A stretch of 64,000 nt of DNA, taken from NCBI GenBank assembly GCA_026989095.1, contig JALSKA010000135.1, positions 629-64,628 of the forward strand. Direction: 5' to 3'. The notes under the pieces were generated by a model. The model saw nothing but the letters and a program-made list of their open reading frames with translations. It was not told where the DNA came from and did no database searches. The DNA is from Ardenticatenaceae bacterium. Its GTDB lineage: Bacteria; Chloroflexota; Anaerolineae; Ardenticatenales; Ardenticatenaceae. Positions 58,622 to 64,000 of this stretch are shown here, piece by piece (the stretch's first letter is position 1; each line of letters starts with the position of its first letter). Made by a program: the position numbers and the translations under genes.

Positions 58622-59917
58622 CTATATGTACTGCAGTGCCCTGGCCTGGCGGGTCAACTCCTCCCGGAACTGGGGCGCGGCAATGCGGATGAGGGCCTGA
58701 GCTCGCTCCCGGACGCTCTTGCCGTAGAGCTCGGCCACGCCGTACTCGGTGACCACGTAATGCACGTCGTAGCGCGTGGTGGTCACGCCGGCGCCGGGCT
58801 TCAGCGTGGGCACGATGCGGGAGATGGTGCCCCCCTTGGCCGTGGCCGGCAGGGCGATGATGGGCATCCCCCCCTTGGCGCGGGCCGCACCCCGCACGAA
58901 GTCGAGCTGGCCGCCCACCCCGCTGTACAGGCGGTGGCCCATCGAATCGGCGGCCACCTGGCCGGTCAGGTCCACTTCCAGGGCGCTGTTGATGCTCACC
59001 ATGCGCTCGTGTTGGGCGATGACGAAGGGGTCGTTGACGTAGTCGGTGGGGTGGAGCTCGATGATGGGGTTGTCGGCCACGAACTCGTAGAGGCGGCGGG
59101 AGCCGAAGAGAAAGCCGGCCACCACCTTGCCCCGGTGGAGCGTCTTGCGCGCGCCGGTGATCACGCCGGCCTCCACCAACTCCACCACGCCGTCGGAGAA
59201 GAGCTCGGTGTGAATGCCCAAGTCACGGTGGTGGTGCAAGTTGGCCAGCACCGCGTCGGGAATGCTGCCGATGCCGAGTTGGAGGGTCGCGCCGTCCGGG
59301 ATCATCTCAGCGATGCGCTCCCCGATGCGGCGGTGGACCTCCGTGGAGCCACCTTGGGGCGCCTCGGGGAGGGGATAATCCACCTCCACGATAATGTCGA
59401 TGTTGCGCACGTGGATGAAACTGTCGCCCAGCGTGCGGGGCATCTGCCGGTTCACCTCGGCGACGACGACGCGCGCGGCCTCGGCCGCCGGCTTGGTGCA
59501 GCCCACCTCCACGCCGAACGAGCAGAAGCCGTGTTCGTCGGGCGGCGAGACCTGAATGAAGGCGAAGTCCAGGGGCAAGCGGCCCGAGCGGAAGAGGCCG
59601 GGAATTTCCGACAGGAAAATGGGCGTGTAATCGGCCCGGCCAGCCTGGACGGCCTCGCGCACATTGGCGCCGATGAAGAGGGCATTGTGGCGGAAGTGCC
59701 CCTCGTACTCGGGTCCTACGTAGGGGGCCGGGCCGAAGTGAAGGATGTGGACCACCTCCACATCGCGGAGCTCCTTGGCCCGCTCCACCAGGGCGCCGAC
59801 GAGCACTTGGGGCACGCCGGCCCCTCCTCCCAAATAGATGCGGTGGCCCGACGCCACCGCCGACACGGCCGTTGCCGGATCGGTCACCTTGCTCCGGTAG
59901 AGCGCTGCCCAGTTCAC
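58622..59917 (-). CDS. acetyl-CoA hydrolase/transferase family protein (4-hydroxybutyrate/succinyl-CoA:acetate CoA-transferase-like)
   Basis: 431 aa. GTG start overlaps the ald stop (GTGA). Family-typical N-terminus ..AVSAVASGHRIYLGGGAGVPQ. Confidence 0.85.
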   Translation of the reverse strand: MNWAALYRSKVTDPATAVSAVASGHRIYLGGGAGVPQVLVGALVERAKELRDVEVVHILHFGPAPYVGPEYEGHFRHNALFIGANVREAVQAGRADYTPIFLSEIPGLFRSGRLPLDFAFIQVSPPDEHGFCSFGVEVGCTKPAAEAARVVVAEVNRQMPRTLGDSFIHVRNIDIIVEVDYPLPEAPQGGSTEVHRRIGERIAEMIPDGATLQLGIGSIPDAVLANLHHHRDLGIHTELFSDGVVELVEAGVITGARKTLHRGKVVAGFLFGSRRLYEFVADNPIIELHPTDYVNDPFVIAQHERMVSINSALEVDLTGQVAADSMGHRLYSGVGGQLDFVRGAARAKGGMPIIALPATAKGGTISRIVPTLKPGAGVTTTRYDVHYVVTEYGVAELYGKSVRERAQALIRIAAPQFREELTRQARALQYI

Positions 59918-61020
59918 AGTGTCACCTCCACAGCTCGGCCGAGGGCCGCCGCGACGCCCGGGTGGGCGAGGCGCCCCTCGAGGACGTTCACCCCTCGGCG
60001 GAGTTCGGACATGGCGCCCAAGCTTCCCTCCACGCCCAAGCGGCCGAGTTCGAGGAGATAGGGCAAAATGGCGTTGGAGAGGGCGTAGCTGGCCGTGCGG
60101 GCCACGCGGGCCGGCACGTTGGGCACGCAGAAGTGGATGACCCCTTCCTCCACGTAGGCGGGACTGGCGTGGTTGGTCGGCCGGCTGGTCTCCACGCAGC
60201 CGCCGTTGTCAATCGAGAAGTCCAGAATGACGGCCCCACGGCGCATGGTGCGCACCATCTCCCGCGTCACCAGCGTGGGCGCCCGCTCGCCGGGCACGGC
60301 CACCGCGCCCACGAGCACGTCGGCGAAGGTGACGGCCTTGGCCACGTTGTAGGGCGTGGCCATCATGGTGGCAATCTGCCCCTTGAAGAGGGCGTCGAGC
60401 CGCTGGAGGGCGCGGATGTCCCGGTCGAGCACGGTCACTTGGGCGCCCAAGCCGTGGAAGGCACAGGCCGCGTTCGTGCCCACCACCCCGCCGCCCAAGA
60501 TGACCACCGCGGCTGGCGGCACGCCGGGGATGCCGCTCAGCAGGATGCCTCGGCCGCCGCCCATCGTCTCCAGCAACTGGCCGGCGATCAGGGGAGCCAT
60601 GCGGCCGGCCACCACGCTCGTGGGGTGGAGCACAGGCAGGAGCCCGTCAGGCGTCTGAATCGTCTCGTAGGCGATGGCCGTCAGGCGATACTCCTGAAGG
60701 GCGGCCAACAGGTCGGGCGAGGCCACGGCCAGGTGGAGGAAACTGAAGAGCACCTGCCCGCGGCGGAAGTGAGTGTACTCCTCGGCCGTGGGGCGGGCCA
60801 CTTTGACCACCACCTCTGCGCGCCCATAGGCTTCGTCGTGGGTGTAGACGATGCGCGCTCCAACGGCCTCGTAGGCTGCGTCGGGAAAGCCGGCCCCCTC
60901 GCCGGCACCGCGCTCCACGAAGACGGTGTGACCGGCCCGCACCAGCGCGTCCACGGCCGGCGGCGTCAGGCCGACGCGAAACTCGAACGGCCGCACTTCC
61001 CTGGGAACGCCCACGTTCAT
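59914..61020 (-). CDS. ald: alanine dehydrogenase
   Basis: 368 aa. Has VPREV..E.RV and the NAD motif ILGGGVVGTNAA. Confidence 0.9.
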   Translation of the reverse strand: MNVGVPREVRPFEFRVGLTPPAVDALVRAGHTVFVERGAGEGAGFPDAAYEAVGARIVYTHDEAYGRAEVVVKVARPTAEEYTHFRRGQVLFSFLHLAVASPDLLAALQEYRLTAIAYETIQTPDGLLPVLHPTSVVAGRMAPLIAGQLLETMGGGRGILLSGIPGVPPAAVVILGGGVVGTNAACAFHGLGAQVTVLDRDIRALQRLDALFKGQIATMMATPYNVAKAVTFADVLVGAVAVPGERAPTLVTREMVRTMRRGAVILDFSIDNGGCVETSRPTNHASPAYVEEGVIHFCVPNVPARVARTASYALSNAILPYLLELGRLGVEGSLGAMSELRRGVNVLEGRLAHPGVAAALGRAVEVTL

Positions 61021-61161
61021 CAGTTCAGCCTCCCTCGTTCTCGCCCCGCCCGGGCTTCTCCGGCCACAGGCGGGCTTCAGGCCACACGAGAAAGGGGTAC
61101 CCGGCCCGCTGTGGCACGCCGGCGTACCCCCTGTCCTCGCGTATTGTACCCGCTTTCGCGG

Positions 61162-62418
<1,257 letters not shown>

Positions 62419-62459
62419 GAGCTCACCTCCTCGTGATTATGCAGTTGTTGCGCCGGGAC

Positions 62460-63014
62460 TCATATCTCCTGGGGATGAATGCCGCGGTGCAAGAAGGGGA
62501 CTGTGTGCAACACGATGTCGGCGGCTTCCTCGGGGGAGAGGCGGTCGGTGTCCACCACCACCTCGGCCGCCTCGGGGGTCTCGTAGGGGGCCCCCACGCC
62601 CGGCAGGGTGGTGATGGTGCCGTCCTCGGCCCCCTTGTAGAGCCCCTTCTGGTCGCGCTGGCGGCACACCTCCAGCGGACAACGGGTCCACACTTCGGCG
62701 AAGAAGGGGAGCGCGCGGCGGGCCATGCGCCGGTAGGCCACCCGGTTGCCCGTGGCCGCCACGATGACGTTGACGCCGTAGCGGGCCAACAGGCCGGCCA
62801 ATTCGACCAGCGAGGCGTAGAAACGGTCTCGCTCTTCCTGGGTGAAGGTGGGATGGGGAGTCAAGATGGGACGCAACTCGTCCGAGTCGAGCACGGCAAC
62901 GCTCACGCCCAGCTCGTTCAGGCGCCGGCGCAGGGCACGGGCCAAGCTCGTCTTGCCCGAGGCGGGCAAGCCGGTGATCCACAGCACCCACCCCGGCGAC
63001 GCAATTCTGGTCAT
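62460..63014 (-). CDS. cysC: adenylylsulfate (APS) kinase
   Basis: ATG at 63014 follows GGAGGG. P-loop is GLPASGKTSLA, followed by LDSDELR. Confidence 0.85.
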   Translation of the reverse strand: MTRIASPGWVLWITGLPASGKTSLARALRRRLNELGVSVAVLDSDELRPILTPHPTFTQEERDRFYASLVELAGLLARYGVNVIVAATGNRVAYRRMARRALPFFAEVWTRCPLEVCRQRDQKGLYKGAEDGTITTLPGVGAPYETPEAAEVVVDTDRLSPEEAADIVLHTVPFLHRGIHPQEI

Positions 63015-63129
63015 TGTTCCCTCCGTTTCGTCGGCACGGCGGAACACTCCCTCGTGTTCCCCAGTATCCGCTTGTCAATCCTGAAGGAGTGCGCCACGCC
63101 TCATATCCTCTGAGGACAAGACGCCCTAC

Positions 63130-63567
63130 TTACTCGTCCTCCTCCTGGCGCCACTCCTCCACCACGAGCCGAAAAATGTCCGACTCGGTGATAATGCCCA
63201 CTACCTGTCCCCCCTCAATGACCGGCAGGCCACTCACTTGGAAGTCCAACATGAGCTCGGCCGCCTCTTGGACAGTCACGTCGGGCCGCACGGCGATGGG
63301 GTCCCACGTCATGATCTCCTCCACCTTCGTCGCCCGCAGGAGAAGGGCGCTCTCCACGTCCTGCTCCTGGCCGGCGATGGGGATCAAGCGCTGCACGTCG
63401 CTCAGCGTGACGATGCCAATGAGCGTGCCCTCCTCGTCCACCACGGGGAGGCGGCGCACGCCAAACTCCCGCATGAGACGGTACGCCTCGACCACGGGGG
63501 CCGAGGGCGTGATGGTGATGGGGCGCGACGTCATCCACGCGCTCACGAGTGACTTACGCCGGCTCAT
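63130..63567 (-). CDS. CBS-domain pair protein
   Basis: Two CBS repeats (RRLPVVDEEGTLIGIVTLSDV and SGLPVIEGGQVVGIITESDI). Confidence 0.8.
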   Translation of the reverse strand: MSRRKSLVSAWMTSRPITITPSAPVVEAYRLMREFGVRRLPVVDEEGTLIGIVTLSDVQRLIPIAGQEQDVESALLLRATKVEEIMTWDPIAVRPDVTVQEAAELMLDFQVSGLPVIEGGQVVGIITESDIFRLVVEEWRQEEDE

Positions 63568-64000
63568 ACGCACCCTCGGGCATCAGATATTCGTTGACCC
63601 GCGCCGGGTCGAAGGTGTCGGACGCCAGCACCTTGGTGATGAGGGTGAAGATGGCCCGGCGCACGCCATCGTCCACGTGATACCAGAGGGGGCTGGCCAC
63701 CACCAGGCCACGCCAGGCCAAGAAGGGCGCTACAACGCCCAACATCTCCTCATCGCCCGTGAGGTCGAGATACGTGGTCCAGAACGCCTCCCACAGGCGG
63801 TCGAAGGGAAAGGCGAGCCGGCCGGAACGCTGGAGGGAGAAGAAGATGTAGTTGATGGTGAGCGCTGCCACGTCATCGGCCGGCTCGCCCCACGGCCCAC
63901 GGCTGCGGTCGAGCAGGTGAAAGTCACTCTCCTGGGTGAAGAGGATGTTGTATGGGTGAAAGTCACCGTGAACTTGGGCCAGGCGGTGCTCCTTCTCCCT
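63554..64000 (-). CDS. phosphotransferase (APH/kinase-like fold) family protein; 5' end lies outside the window
   Basis: The reading frame stays open to the window edge. My translation of the edge gives ..VHGDFHPYNILF..DR.., the catalytic-loop motif of APH/choline-kinase-like enzymes. Confidence 0.7.
   Translation of the reverse strand, partial: REKEHRLAQVHGDFHPYNILFTQESDFHLLDRSRGPWGEPADDVAALTINYIFFSLQRSGRLAFPFDRLWEAFWTTYLDLTGDEEMLGVVAPFLAWRGLVVASPLWYHVDDGVRRAIFTLITKVLASDTFDPARVNEYLMPEGAYEPA

Overview
High-GC bacterial chromosomal segment (roughly two-thirds G+C by eye, not computed). It is densely packed, with about 56 protein-coding genes and strong GGAGG-type ribosome-binding sites. Gene content (short YidC, Bacillus-type CtaG, membrane-anchored cupredoxin in the cox operon, LysM lipoprotein, BMP-type ABC transporter) suggests a Chloroflexota-like or other monoderm-type thermophile; that lineage guess is inference only. 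I found no rRNA, tRNA, CRISPR array, transposase, integrase, phage or recognisable defence genes. Contents in order: a beta-helix surface protein; zwf-opcA; thiC behind a clear TPP riboswitch; a CAP-domain secreted protein; two tandem fold-type II PLP enzymes (one ThrC-like); a PAS histidine kinase with a stand-alone receiver. These are embedded in a long minus-strand run that also carries carbamate kinase, a YgeW-like carbamoyltransferase, a YgeY-like M20 hydrolase, a BMP-family ABC importer and an 8-oxoguanine-deaminase-like amidohydrolase. Then come a penicillin-acylase / DUF309 / alpha-beta-hydrolase operon; jag-yidC-yidD-rnpA-rpmH; a GT39/ArnT-like glycosyltransferase; metG; a propeller-lipase protein; an SDR; an orphan HyfD/HyfE/HyfF-like membrane trio; a LysM lipoprotein; and a rhodanese / CysO-like carrier / rhodanese-ThiF / CysM sulfur-carrier cysteine operon. 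The rest is dnaA (not linked to dnaN or rpmH); a DUF4015-type putative glycoside hydrolase; amt; an aa3-type cytochrome oxidase operon (coxB-ctaD-ctaE-cupredoxin-ctaG); a GEVED-domain surface protein; CoA-transferase / ald / gdh; cysC; a CBS protein; and a partial APH-family kinase. The most unusual observations are: (1) five perfectly phased 11-bp direct repeats upstream of the orphan Hyf-like antiporter module; (2) that module itself, which has no catalytic partner; (3) a ~330-nt structured leader between a near-consensus promoter and the sulfur-carrier cysteine operon, containing a Cys/Met mini-ORF and a 13-bp long-range helix followed by U5, matching no riboswitch class I recognise; (4) a YgeW/YgeY/ArcC-type carbamoyl-compound catabolic cluster fused to a nucleobase/nucleoside importer, with a two-component system inside it. 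All functional calls rest on motif recognition by eye; no searches were run.
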